64,000 nt of DNA from Octopus sinensis (Eukaryota). The stretch spans positions 27,094,001-27,158,000 of the forward strand of contig NC_043016.1 of the NCBI RefSeq assembly GCF_006345805.1, read 5' to 3'. The notes under the pieces are model-generated. The model worked only from the letters and a program-made list of their open reading frames with translations. It was not told where the DNA came from and did no database searches. Positions 12,401 to 26,685 of the stretch are shown piece after piece; the first letter of the stretch is position 1; each line of letters begins with the position of its first letter. Position numbers and translations under genes: made by a program.

Positions 12401-13995
12401 CTCTGTCTGTATGTCTCTGTCTGTATGTCTCTGTCAGTATGTCTCTGTCAGTATGTCTCTGTCTGTATGTCTCTGTCTGTATGTCTCTGTATGTCTCTGT
12501 CTGTATGTCTCTGTCTGTATGTCTCTTTCTGTATGTCTCTTTCTGTATGTCTCTGTCTGTATGTCTCTTTCTGTATGTCTCTGTCTGTATGTCTCTGTCT
12601 GTATGTCTCTGTCTGTATGTCTCTTTCTGTATGTCTCTTTCTGTATGTCTCTGTCTGTATGTCTCTGTCAGTATGTCTCTTTCTGTATGTCTCTGTCAGT
12701 ATGTCTCTGTCAGTATGTCTCTGTCTGTATGTCTCTGTCTGTATGTCTCTTTCTGTATGTCTCTTTCTGTATGTCTCTGTCAGTATGTCTCTGTCAGTAT
12801 GTCTCTGTCTGTATGTCTCTGTCTGTATGTTTCAGTCTGTATGTCTCTGTCTGTATGTCTCTTTCTGTATGTCTCTTTCTGTATGTCTCTGTCTGTCTGT
12901 ATGTCTCTTTCTGTATGTCTCTTTCTGTATGTCTCTGTCTGCATGTCTCTTTCTGCATGTCTCTTTCTGCATGTCTCTTTCTCTATGTCTCTGTCTGTAT
13001 GTCTCTGTCTGTATGTCTCTGTCTGTATGTCTCTGTCTGCATGTCTCTGTCTGTATGTCTCTGTCTGTATGTCTCTGTCTGCATGTCTCTGTCTGCATGT
13101 CTCTGTCTGCATGTCTCTGTCTGTATGTCTCTGTCTGCATGTCTCTGTCTGCATGTCTCTGTCTGCATATGTCTGTGTCTGTATGTCTCTGTCTGTATGT
13201 CTCTGTATGTCTCTGTCTGCATGTCTCTGTCTGTATGTCTCTGTCTGTATTTCTCTGTCTGTATGTCTCTGTCTGTATGTCTCTGTCTGTATGTCTCTGT
13301 CTGCATGTCTCTGTCTGCATGTCTCTGTCTGTATGTCTCTGTCTGTATGTCTCTGTCTGTATGTCTCTGTATGTCTCTGTCTGCATGTCTCTGTGTGTAT
13401 GTCTCTGTCTGTATGTCTCTGTCTGTATGTCTCTGTCTGCATGTCTCTGTCTGTATGTCTCTGTCTGTATGTCTCTGTCTGTATGTCTCTGTCTGTATGT
13501 CTCTGTCTGCATGTCTCTGTCTGCATGTCTCTGTCTGCATGTCTCTGTCTGTATGTCTCTGTCTGTATGTCTCTGTCTGTATGTCTCTGTCTGCATGTCT
13601 CTGTCTGCATGTCTCTGTCTGCATGTCTCTGTCTGTATGTCTCTGTCTGTATGTCTCTGTCTGTATGTCTCTGTCTGTATGTCTATCTCTTTCTGTCTAT
13701 CTCTTTCTGTCTATCTCTGTCTGTCTATCTCTGTCTGTCTATCTCTGTCTGTCTATCTCTGTCTGTCTATCTCTGTCTGTCTATCTCTGTCTGTCTATCT
13801 CTGTCTGTCTATCTCTGTCTGTCTATCTCTGTCTGTCTATCTCTGTCTGTCTATCTCTGTCTGTCTATCTCTGTCTGTCTTTCTATATCTGTCTATCTCT
13901 CTATCTCTCTATCTTTATCTATCTCTCTATCTTTATCTATCTCTCTATCTTTATCTCTATCTATCTATTTATCTATCTATCTATCTGTCTATCTC

Positions 13996-14028
<33 letters not shown>

Positions 14029-14119
14029 ATCTATCTATCTCTATCTATATATCTCTATCTATCTATCTATCTCTATCTATCTCTATCTATCTATCTATCT
14101 ATCTATCTCTATCTCTATC

Positions 14120-14158
<39 letters not shown>

Positions 14159-17100
14159 ATCTCTATCTATCTCTATCTTTCTATCTCTATCTATCTCTAT
14201 CTTTCTATCTCTATCTATCTATCTTTCTATCTCTATCTATCTATCTATCTTTCTATCTCTATCTCTCTGTCCATCCATCCATCCATCCATCAATGCATGC
14301 ACATATATAGTAAATTAACTGTAAACTATTAATTTTCATAGCCATTTACTGATTTAAGAAAAAAATAAATGAACTTCAACTCTGAATAATTATGAAAGAA
14401 AAAAAATATTGAAAACTTTTGGTGTTAATTAAAATTTCTTAAATTAAATAAAAAAGACTATTTATTAGTTTAAAACCTAAAATATATTTTAACCTTTCCA
14501 AGCTTGTATGGGCTCGACAGTCTGTTGAGGCAGGTTTTCTATGGCTGGATGCCCTTCCTGTCACCAACACTCGCCTGTTTCCTTTCTTCACAACTGGACA
14601 TGTTTACTTGGAAGGTTTGAAACAAACAACACCATTTGCATAAGTGTGATGGTTGTTTACAACTATCATACAATGTCAAAACAAGGAGACATTAAGGCCC
14701 CCTCCCCCCAACCCACACATTATATACAGATGCATGATCTCACACATGCGTGTGCACGCACGCACACACACATACACACACGGTTTTCTTTCAGTTTTTG
14801 TCTAGTAAATGTACTCACAAGGTTTTTGGTCAGCCCATGACTAAAGTAGAAGAAACTTGTCCAAGCTGCCACACTGGCACTGAACCTAAAACCTATGTGG
14901 TGAAAGCATGCAAGAATATAGCTGTAAAACAGTGATAAATTTGATATGAAGAACTGTTAACATGAAATAGAAAACTAGATTAGTTGTTTAATTTGCTGAG
15001 AATCCTATATAGCTTACATAAGTTGTTTCACCATGACATTTTAGTTAGAATAATGTCATTGTAATTTGAAAGATGTGTTGGTCTCCATAATTTCAATGGA
15101 ATCTGTTCTAGATTAAATTCCAAGGTGCTTTTTATATTAAAACTTGAGAATTGGCCATCAACTTTTGATTTGTTTAATGTCTTGCAGTAAGTAGAATTGC
15201 AGTTTTTATTTATTTATTATTTTTGTTAGACTTCAGTTCATTAGTTTGTAGTGGTAGACAGCTCCTATATCTGTATCCCTTTCAGGTTCTTGCTGATTGG
15301 AAGTTAGAGAGTGAAAGAAAATTTGGGTCACCTGAATGAGATTGTTGGTTTGCTCTGGATCAGTCTCGATCAGCTTAGACCATTGTCTTTATTCAGATAT
15401 AGTTTTATTATCTAGGTGTAGGTTATCCAATTTTCTTTATCCAATTTTCTTGCCTGGGGTGCTAACTATTCTACCAGCTTGTCATCTTTGTTGGTACCAA
15501 TTTGGTCATCTACAAGTGTTTTTTTGTGGTTTGAGGGAGATTTGACAATTATGTCAAGCAAGTCAGTGACATAGAATTCCTCTTATTTATTACCCAAAGT
15601 AATAAATTCATCAAACTATTTCAAAGAAAGTGAAGTTTTATATTTATCTAACATTTTTATACTTTTTATCTGTCACTAGATTTAGTCTTTGAACTGTAGT
15701 TATGTTGGGGTATCATCTTGGACGGTTTAATCAAACAAATCTACCCCAGTACTTACCTTTTGTTTAAGTCTGGCGGTTATTTTGCCCCCCCCCCCTAACT
15801 ACCGCTAAGCATTTCGCCCAGCATGCTGGCGTTTCTGCCAGCTCCCCTGGGGTGCTAACTATTCTACCAGCTTGTCATCTTTGTTGGTACCAGTTTGGTC
15901 ATCTACAAGAATTGACATGTTGCTCAATTGAATAAATCCACAGATAGAGAGAAAGAGAGAGAAAGAGACTGTTGCAAGTTAACAGAAATGGTAGCATGAT
16001 GATGGTAAATGGCTGACTTTTTAGTTTTGGTGATGTACACCCAATTCATATTCTACCCAAACTACCTTTTGTTTTCCATGAATGTAGAGTTAAAACAAAT
16101 ATTTATAATAAATGGCATTTAATTCATTTATTGTGTGTGCACACACATATACGCACCTCACCTTCAATGTTTAGGAAATTGATACACTTATATAGTGACA
16201 GAACTACCAGTGCCATGTATCCAGTTTATTTTATTTCCCTTCTGTTCTTAATGCTTTGGGCAAATGATACTTTATATATTTATATCTTTTTGCTCTAAGA
16301 CTATTGAATTTTGTACCAGATCGGCAGACTACAATATATTTGTATTATTTACGACATGATTGGCGTTGGGGTTACTAGGTAAGGTCAAAGTATCAGTAAA
16401 ATGTCTTGTTTGCATAAAAGTCTGACCTTTTGCCAAAATAACTTGATAATTACAGCAATAATGTTCTAGTTCATTAGGATTTATAATTTACAAATTTTAA
16501 TACAGAAACAGAAACGACACTAAATAATTGAGAGGAATATCTTTAATTCTTATAAAATCAGGAATGCCCAGCATTTTCCAGAAGGTGATCTGCAAAACTG
16601 ATGAATGGATCATCAAATATGAATGTACTTTTAATTAAAGTATACAAGCCATAAATATTGTAAGATGTTAATATTTTAACATCCTAATATTAGGATGGTA
16701 ATATTTTAAAAATTAGTGTATGCATAAGATAATTTGTTTTTAATTGCCACAACATGGTGAGTCATAGTCATTTTAAGTTACAAACATAGGTACTCTTCAC
16801 AACCACATGGTTTGGGGTTCAGTCCTTCTGTGCTGCACCTTGGATGATTACTACAGACCCTGGCTGACCAAATCATTGTGAGTGTATTTGGTAGTTTGAA
16901 ACTGTGGAAGCTGCTGCATATACAAGTGTGTGTCTTTCACTACTTGACAGCTAGGGGGTGTTCTGTTTATGCCCCTTAAACTTAAGTTATGTGAAAAGAG
17001 ACAAGTACCAAACTTAAAAAATAAGCACTGAGGCCAATTTGATTGATTAATCCCTTCAACGCAGTATCCCAGCATGTTCTAATTACCAAATTCTTGTTCT

Positions 17101-20100
17101 AATTACCAAAGACTTCTAGCTGTTGTGGAATGTATCTACCACAACATTTGCAATTGGCACAACTGGTATGATATCTAAACATTTCTGTAAAGACATAAAT
17201 TAACTATAAGGGCTAACTTAAGTATGTTCTAGAAAGCCATTTTGGCAATTAAGAAATGTATCTGTCCTTCTATTTGTAAAGAATACTATCCTCTGAAAAT
17301 AAGGAGACATAATTCAGGGTAACCCTAAACATTTCTAGAATATTCTCATGCAATACTTAACTTGAAGTATTTCTTGGTTTTCCAAGATGTGATTGTTTCT
17401 GTTTGTTTAGAATAGTAAATTCTTGGTAAATCTCTCAAGGTACAGGTATGGCTGTGTGGTTAAGAAACTCGCTTTGCAACCACATGGTTTCAGGTTCAGT
17501 CCCACTGTGTGACATCTAGGGTGAGTATCTTCTACTTTCTGCTCTGGGCCAACCTATACTTTGTGAATAAATTTGGTAGACAGAAACTGTGTAAAGCCTA
17601 GGTTTAAGAGGCTGAATCTTGTCTGAACATAAATCAACTGGAATATTTGAGCTGGATATGGCCAGTTTGAACACTAAAGGGTTAAAAATAAGTAATGGGG
17701 TGCAGTTTGTCTGACTGAAAACCTTCCAAAGTAATGTTCCAGTTCAATGATTGAAACAAATAATAAAAAAAAAAAGAAAAACAAAATTTTTGTTCTGTTT
17801 AGAAAGGAATTTTTTAGTTTTTTCTTTCTTTCTAAATCTGACTTTTTAAAATTTATTTTCTTTTTAAGCTCGCAACACTGCGTGGTTCCATCTTGGAAGA
17901 TGCTATACCATCATCTAGTCGTTTAAGTAGTTCCAGAGGAGTTCCTTATAAAGATGTTTTGGAATATATACTGCCAGAAGTTAATCTTTCTTGTTTAAAA
18001 CAAGCCATTCCTGGTCAAAAGACTGCTGAACAACTGCTCAAGCTGGATGAGCAAAGAGTAAGTGTTTGTTGTATTAATATGAGCTGATATTATTCTCTAT
18101 TTCACTTTCCCAAACATTATTTTTAACTATCACCTATTTTATTAATACTTTTATAATGCCCTTTGCTATAATTCAACACTCTTTTTAAATAATGTACACA
18201 CACAGAATATCAGGGTCTAGAGGAATTTTGTTTAGGGTACTAGTTTGATGTGTGGAGGCACGTGGCCTAGTGGTTAGAGCAGCAGACTCGTGGTCAAGGG
18301 ATCGCGGGTTTGAATCTCAGACCGGGCAATGTGTGTGTTTATGAGCAAAACACCTAAGCTCCACGTGGCTCCGGCAGAAGGTAATGGCGAACTTCTGTTG
18401 ACTCTTTCGCCACAACTTTCTCTCACTCTTTCCTCCTGCATCTTCCAGCTCACCTGCGACAGACCGGCGTCCCGTCAAGGTAGGGAACATATACGCCAAG
18501 GAAACCGAGAAACCGGCCCTATGAGCCAGACATGGCTCAAGAAGGAACAAACAACTTTAGTTTGATGCGGTTGACTCCTTACCTCAGCACTACCCAACAA
18601 TTATTATTGTTGTTTTAGTTATAATTGCAGCTAATAAGCAATTTAATCCTCACAGACCTAGGCTCTTGTGTCTAACTTTAGCCTCCACTTGGGCTCCTGT
18701 GCAAAAATAGTTAAATATACAGTTCAAGAGTTAGACTTGCAGGGAAACTAATGGATGGAATCAAAATATTCACCTGCATTATCGCTACTTTCATTCATCA
18801 CTTTCACCAATTTGATTGTTTGAATTGCTCTCTTTGCTGGTGTAAGTGTAAACACAGTAGCTAGAAATCTCAATGTCTGTGTGTGTTGCTACAATTAGAA
18901 CAGAAGTGTTATTCACAATAACAGTAGGAGTTAGTGGATGACAGAGGACATGAAGCTTATAGTATTGAAGTTACAAGAAATAATGTAATTATCAATTAGA
19001 TTGATAGCTGGAAGAGCAGGTAAAAAAGATGAATGAGGAAATTACATCTACACGTAATATCTATGTTATGGTATTGAATATGCATAGGTTCATTGCTTTC
19101 TTCTCATTTTGTGAGTGGAGGGAAGATAAGTGTGGTTGGGTTAAGATCATTGAGTTGCCTAATGGAACTATTGAACAATGGATGTGTCCAAGAAAGGTAT
19201 GGGATGCAGGTTTGAGAATTTTGCACAAGTCTCAGGATATTTTGAATAAGAATCCTTTCATACTAGACACAACGGCTCTAATTTTATGTTTGGTCTGGGT
19301 TTGTGTGTCTTAATCATTTTGATACCAACGCAGCTGGTACCATACTCTTGGAGCATGACAAAACTTCCTTTAAAGTGATCTGAATCTAAATCTATCAGAA
19401 TTTTGTGTTGCAGCATTTCCAACCACCAACTTAATAATGATAGTTATTTTTGTATATTATTTTATTTTAAAATTTAATTGAAACAAAGTCAGTGTCTTTC
19501 AATAAAAATAACAAAAGCTCTACTGAGATGGTAGAAGATATGAGGCTCTTTCTAGTAGGGAAAATTCTGTTCAATTTTATTGATCAATTGCTATGCATTG
19601 TTTCAAATATTCAGCCAATTGGACAAAAGGAAACGGAAACTTTATTACTGAACATTATTGACTGTTGAAAGTTAAACAGTTTTGTTGTTTTGAAGTTGAA
19701 AAGCAGTTTTGCTAACCTTTCCAAAAATGATTTAAAATGGCATGACCATCTTGGAATTACATTGACAGATGATGTATAAACATATCAAAACATTACTTGT
19801 TTTTTATACATGGAGTATCAACAATTTTAATGCCAACATTTTAGTTCAGTAAATTGTTTGATACACCTTGGCAACATTTAGGGGATTTTCATAAAAACAT
19901 TCATGATTTAATGTTTATGATTTCATTGTGAAAAGGAAGTGGATGTCAGAATTTGTGCTTGGTGGTGAGTCTCTGTCAAAATTATCTTAGACTTCCTTTC
20001 TTCATGGCAAAGCAATTCATTCTGGTTTGCAAACTTTTTGTACATGTGTGTGTATATAGTGAACTATACATGGCATCAACATGTGTGTGTGTGTTTTATC

Positions 20101-23100
20101 ATTTAACATCCATGTTCCATACTGGCATGGGTTAGATAGTTTCCAGGGACTGCATCATGTTCCAGTGTCTACTTTGGCATGGTTTCTATAGCTGGATGTT
20201 TTTCCTAATACCAATCATTTTACAAAGTGTACAGGCTGCTTTTTTTTTCATGACACTTGTACAAGTGAGGTTCTCATGCAACTTGCAAGACTACAAAGCC
20301 TGAGAGATGCAGCTTGATGCTAGGAGATAACATGAGAGAGACAGAAGAGTTACAAACATAGGTACTCTTCACAACCACATGGTTTGGGGTTCAGTCCTTC
20401 TGTGCTGCACCTTGGATGATTACTACAGACCCTGGCTGACAAAATCATTGTGAGCAGAAGAGGTACATGGCTAATCACATTTAAAAGAAGTGGAGATGAA
20501 TAGGGTGGAACTGGGATAGATGTAGTGGTGATGAGGTGTCTTGGTGGAGCCTCACTGTATTAACCCTTTTGATACCAACCTGGCTGAAACCACCTTTGGC
20601 TTTGTAGTACAAATCTTTTGTTTTCATAAGTTCTGAATTAAAATCTTCGTCCAAACCTTAGTCATAATTTGTGTCTAACACTAGCTTAATGATAATGAAG
20701 TTATTTTACAGAATTTTTTGTTATATCTAAAATTAATTGAAAGAAGCTCAACGCATATCAACAGAAATACAGTAACAAAAGGGTTAAATGAGTAGAAGTG
20801 AATGAGGACAGAGGAATCAAGAGTATGCCTCTGTACACCTCTTCTAAGCGACTAAATGATGGACTGAATAAAGAGAATGAATGGAGGTTGCATCATTACT
20901 CTAAAAAGAAGAAACAAAAATACTGTTTTTTTTATTTATTTATTTTTTTTCATGTTTAAATATTTTATTCATACTTCATGTTTTACATTTTTTAGATTAC
21001 AAAATCATATAAAGTTGGCATTATGTACTGCAAAGCTGGCCAATCCACTGAAGAAGAAATGTATAATAATGGTGAGACACCTAATTCTACATCATTTTCC
21101 TTCCAGTACAACATACTTGACTCTTTTATTACCAGCCTGCTCAACCCCACTATTGATTTTATGGCACAAACTTCCTTCTTTAAAATGACCTAAAATAAAA
21201 CCTTCCATCAAAATTTCATGTTAAGTTCCAAACATCAGCTTAATAATGACAGTTATTTTACCAAATTCTTCACTATTTTCAAAATTAATTGATAGGAAGG
21301 CAGTGTATTTTAAAAGAAATATGGTAACAAAATGGTTAACATTGATTTTTATTCATTATTGTCAATTACTAATCAATAAGTTCTAAAAAACACGTTGACT
21401 TAGCACTCCAAATTATTCTAAGACTATATTTTGCACCCATTTTTCCTTATCAGCACATCATATCACCACTTGTTGCAATCCTCTATTATTGTCTTCATCA
21501 TGTTTAGCCACCTGACATCAGTCCATATCATTTCTTCCCTTGTCTTCCTCAGATTTCTTTCCACTTGAATTGTTTGGTACTTTTTCATTCGGTTCTCATC
21601 CTTCATATGCATCACATTGTTGCATCAATGCTGTTTTCTCTTTTGCATGGTACATCTAACTGCTGTAACACTGAGTTTTTTTCTCTTGGCTCATTTGAAT
21701 GCTATCATTCCATTAGACTAATATTACACTTCAGAGAATGCTTACCACAAGTACTTTCCTGTTTTTTTGGGGGGGTATACACTTTGTTTCACTACCAAGC
21801 AACATCACACTGTATATGCAAGCATCATATAATCATCCTTACACTCAGAGAAAACACTTTTATTTTCAGAAGAGTTAATAGCTCTAATAGCTCATTGGAC
21901 TTTTTCCATACCTCCTCCTTTTTTTTATTTTTATAACTACTATGCTGGTGAAATTTAGCAACTGAAAGTTGCCAACTGTTTTCTAGGGAGTCTTTCATTT
22001 ATTTGAAAGAATTCATTTCATAAGTACTCTTAGTGCTGATTACTCCTCAGCCCCAGCTCCACATGTGATATTTCTTCTCTGTCAGCTTGCTTGTGGTGCT
22101 CCTGTGCCTTTTTTGCACCTGCACTTTGTCAGGTACTGAACAGAACTGTCTCCTCCTTTATTGCATCCTGAGACACTGTGCTCAGTATGCAGAAGAGTCC
22201 CATCTTTTGTTAATGATTAAATGTTTTGTCTTTGCTAGGTTCACTTTAGCCCTTTCCATCCATACAAATCTGCCCAAGACTACCCCTGATTCAATGCCAC
22301 AAATTTCATTTTATAGAACGATCTAAATTAAAACCTTCCATCAAAGATTAATATTAATTTATGAATCCAAACACCAGTTTAATAAATGCAAAGTTGATTT
22401 ACTAAATTATTTGTTTTTAAAATTAATTGAAACAAAGTATATTTGTAAAGAAATACAGTAACAAAAGAAATATAGTAAAGTTATCTACATTAAGACCTTC
22501 CATGAAAACTTCATGTTAATTTATGTTGCAAACACCAGTTTAATAATGACATTTATTTTACCTAATTCTTCATGATTTTCAAAATTAATTGAAGCAAAGG
22601 CAGTGTTACCATATTCCAACAGAAATATCATATGAGGCGAGCTGGCAGAAACGTTAGCACACGGGGCGAAATGCTTAGCGGTATTTCGTCTGCCGCTACG
22701 TTCTGAGTTCAAATTCTGCCAAGGTCGACTTTGCCTTTCATCCTTTCAGGGTCGATTAAATAAGTACCAGTTACGCACTGGAGTTGATATAATTGACTTA
22801 ATCCATTTGTCTGTCCTTATTTGCCTCCTCTGTGTTTAGCCCCTTGTGGGCAGTAAAGAAATAAGAAATATCATATGAAAAGGGTAAATGCTTTTAGTAT
22901 TTGTTTCCGTCTTTGGAATATCTTTTCCAAGTATTTCACAGATTTAATTATAAGAACTTGTTCACTGATACACAGATGGTTCCACAAGCAGCTAGTCTTA
23001 AACTCTTTTGTTATGGTCTGGAAAGCTATAATTAAGCAGAGTAAGCTGACAAACCAATCCTGATAGATATCTACATGCATATTAAACTCTCTCCTTAACT

Positions 23101-25629
23101 TATTGACATTTCTGTACGTGGCTTGCACAGCTCTTATGAGCTATTTATCTGCCCCTAATTTTCTTAGTAACTCAAACTACAAAGAATGGTGCTATATCAA
23201 AAACTTTCTCCAGCTCAGTGACTGTTAGGCTTTTAGCTAAGATTTCTTGTGGTTATTTGTAATTATTATAGCTATTTCTCTTATAGTTGTTTGTAGGAAG
23301 AAGGTATCGGTGATATCCTGTCCTGGTGAAAACCCAAACTGAGTTTTATATCGGCTAATTCTCTTCCTAATTAGTTGTTCTTCCACTCTTTCTGTTAGCT
23401 TCAATACTTGCTGTAGTGCCTCTATAGCTACTTCTTTCTAGAACAACTTCTCTGGTAATGGATGCCTGTGCATGTAGTAGGCTATGGATATAATTCACTC
23501 ATATTCAGATCCATTGGCAAGGCTGATCATGACAATTGCTGGACTCTACTTGGAGGTTCCATATAGGAGTGACTTTTTCATAAATCTTCTAGTTCCTTAA
23601 ATGGATAGGATGACTTGAAGTCAGCACTTGAAGCTAATGAAATACTTGTTAATTATACAGTGCATTTAAGATTAATTTCAGGTTTAAAAAATTTTTTTTT
23701 ACAAAATCTGCCTCACCAAACTTCACCTAACTCGTGAAGCATGGAGAAGTGGACTTCAAACAATGATATTTTGTTATATTTTTGTAATATTTGGATACCC
23801 CTATCCCAACCTCCTGCTAATTTTTCAAACATGAAATGAGTTTTGCATTGAGGTGAGTTGAAGCAGGCAGTATCACTTCATTCATATTAAAGAATATTTA
23901 TAAACATCTTTTCTCTCTATTGAAACTATATTTTAAGATTAAGATTTGACTTCACAATATGTATTGACAAATCTTGTACTCCTTCTTAACCATTTAAAAT
24001 CCTTCAAAGTTATTTACTTGTATATCAGACAAGATGGTTTTTGTAATTTGCCACATGTTAACTTTATGAGCTGACCTGTGATCAAAGGCATTCCAGCCAT
24101 GGCCATTCTGTCTTTCTCTCAGACACAATACCTCTTTCCTTTCAATGATTATTATAATAAATTTATTATTATTTTGCCTTAACTATTCTTTCCCAATCAA
24201 ATTTTCAGAGAATCACGGACCTGTCTTTGAAGAATTCTTAGAATGCATTGGCACCCGGGTACGATTACAAGGTTTTGATAAATATCGTGGCCAACTTGAC
24301 AATAAAAGTATGTATTTTATGGAAAATACTTCTTCATACATTTTTGTTATGTGTATGTTGTACGTGTTTGTATGTGTATGTATGTGTCTTTGTTTACATG
24401 TTTGTGCATCCCGGGGTTGTGTATGTGTGTGTGTGCATGTACCGTGTGTATGTGTATAAAAGTTTGTTGTATGTGGCCAATGCATATGAAAATGTATGTT
24501 TGATATATATGTATTTGCATTGCCTATATTTGGTTCATATGTAATTTGTTACGTATATTATTACATACATAAGAGTGGTCGATTGGCTGAATCATTTATC
24601 AGACAACATACTTTGCATTATTTGTTTTAGGCTCTTTACATTATAAGTTGAAATCTCACCGAGGTTAACTTTGCCTTTCATTCTTTTGGGAGGTTAATAA
24701 AATAAAAGTACTGGGATTAATATAATTGACTAACATCTTCCTTTCCTCAAAATTGCTGGTCTTGTGTTTAAATTGGAAACCATTATGTATATATAAATCT
24801 GAAATATTAACTTAATGAGAAATAATTTATTAAAAAAAAATTTTTAATTTAGACTGAATTAATAATTTTCTGGCACTTTCTATACAACTTTGATTCATGC
24901 ACAATCTTAAATTTACAAAATATAGACAAAATATGAGGAAGTTGTGGTTTTTTTCCTTATTTTTCTACATATTTTACAAGTATGAAAATTGATATCTTTA
25001 GCATTTGTAGTTTAATCCGATATTTACAACTTATCATTGTCATCAGTCACAATCAGCACTACCTGTCCTTATTTCTATGTTTGCATCAGCTGCAGGTCTC
25101 CTCCAACTGTGTTGTACTACTGGCTTTATATATGTGTGTGTGTGAAATCAATGGTTTAACATTATCAGTTTAGGCCAGGTAATACTGCTGTGTAACAAAT
25201 CTCTTGGTCTTATCTGTAAAGTATATTGGATGTTCAAGATAAATGGTGTGTGCGTGCAGATATAAATATAACCACACACACATACATGCATATTTGCATA
25301 TGCATTCATATCATCATCATCGTTTAACGTCCGTTTTCCATGCTAGCATGGGTTAGATGGTTCAACTGGGGTCTGGGAAGCCAGAAGGCTGTGCCAGGCC
25401 CAGTCTGATCTGGCAGTGTTTCTACAGCTGGATGCACTTCCTAACGCCAACCACTCTGTGAGTGTAGTGGGTGCTTATTACGTGCCACCTGCACAGGAGC
25501 CAGACGAGGCTGGCAAATGGCCACGATCGGATGGTGCTTTTTCCGTGCCACCGGCACGGAGGCCAGTCTGGTATGTACATAATACTCATGCACATGTACA
25601 TACACACAGATCTACACACATAAACACAA

Positions 25630-25660
<31 letters not shown>

Positions 25661-26653
25661 ATATTATAGTCACATGCTCACACACAACTATACATCAGTG
25701 TGACTGGATATAAATCAATAGACACAGGCATGCTTCCTAACCAAGATATTACTGTGTGATATCTTGAGCAAGTGTCTTCTACCAACACTTTGGTTGGCCA
25801 AAGCATTGAGTGGGATTGGTGGTTGGAAACTGGAAGAAGTCTGATATGTACTGATGCACACACACACACACACACACATGCATGCATGCATGTGTATGTA
25901 CCTTCGTCATGATGTCACACAATCTTTTGTACATGTTTAGTCTTCCTTGAAAAAAATTGGGAGATATTACCTTGCTTGGAAATTGTTGAAGGTTGACAGC
26001 ATGAAGGGCATCCAGCCATAGTAAATTTGTATCAGCAAATTTGATCTGACCCATGAAAGCATGCAAAAGAGAATGAAAAATGATGATATTATCTATATTT
26101 ACAAATATATTTATTACACTTTAGCAAAGACACTCTTTTCATCCAGAAACAGATTATCAGGAGGAAATAATATTTCTGAAGGACAATAAAAATTAACTTT
26201 CATAAATTTTTGAAGCAATTAAAAAGTATTTTTTGTGACTATGTGGTAAAAAGTTTGCTTCCCAAATACATGGTTTCCAGTTTAGTCACATTGCATGGCA
26301 CCTTGACAGCTATATTCTACTATAGGCCCGGGTTAACCAAGGCTTTGTCAGTGAATTTGGCTAAAAGGGGCTCATCACATAGATCTGTGTGTGCATGCGT
26401 GCGTGCATTAGTATCTTCTTGCCCTGACATTGCATGATGGTTGTAAACAAGTGTCATTGTTTTGCAAGCAGTGTCCTTTGTTTCCAATCTTCTGTGAACA
26501 TGTCTGGTCACAGGGACGTATTATTATCTTGTTTGGAAACAGTTTAAGGTTGGTGAAAGGAAGGGCATCAGCCTGTAGAAAATCCCATCTCAACAAATTG
26601 CTTTTGACCTATGTGAGTATGAAAATGATGATTATGATGACAATGACTATTGT

Positions 26654-26685
<32 letters not shown>

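Noticed and set aside
7735-13680. CRISPR array
   Set aside because: The units are tandem with no unique spacers, the context is eukaryotic and there are no cas genes.
7429-14332. Very long ORFs (up to 1016 aa) of [13 protein letters not shown] and [13 protein letters not shown] repeats
   Set aside because: They are artefacts of a 14-bp satellite that lacks stop codons in most frames. They are intronic and open in several frames at once.
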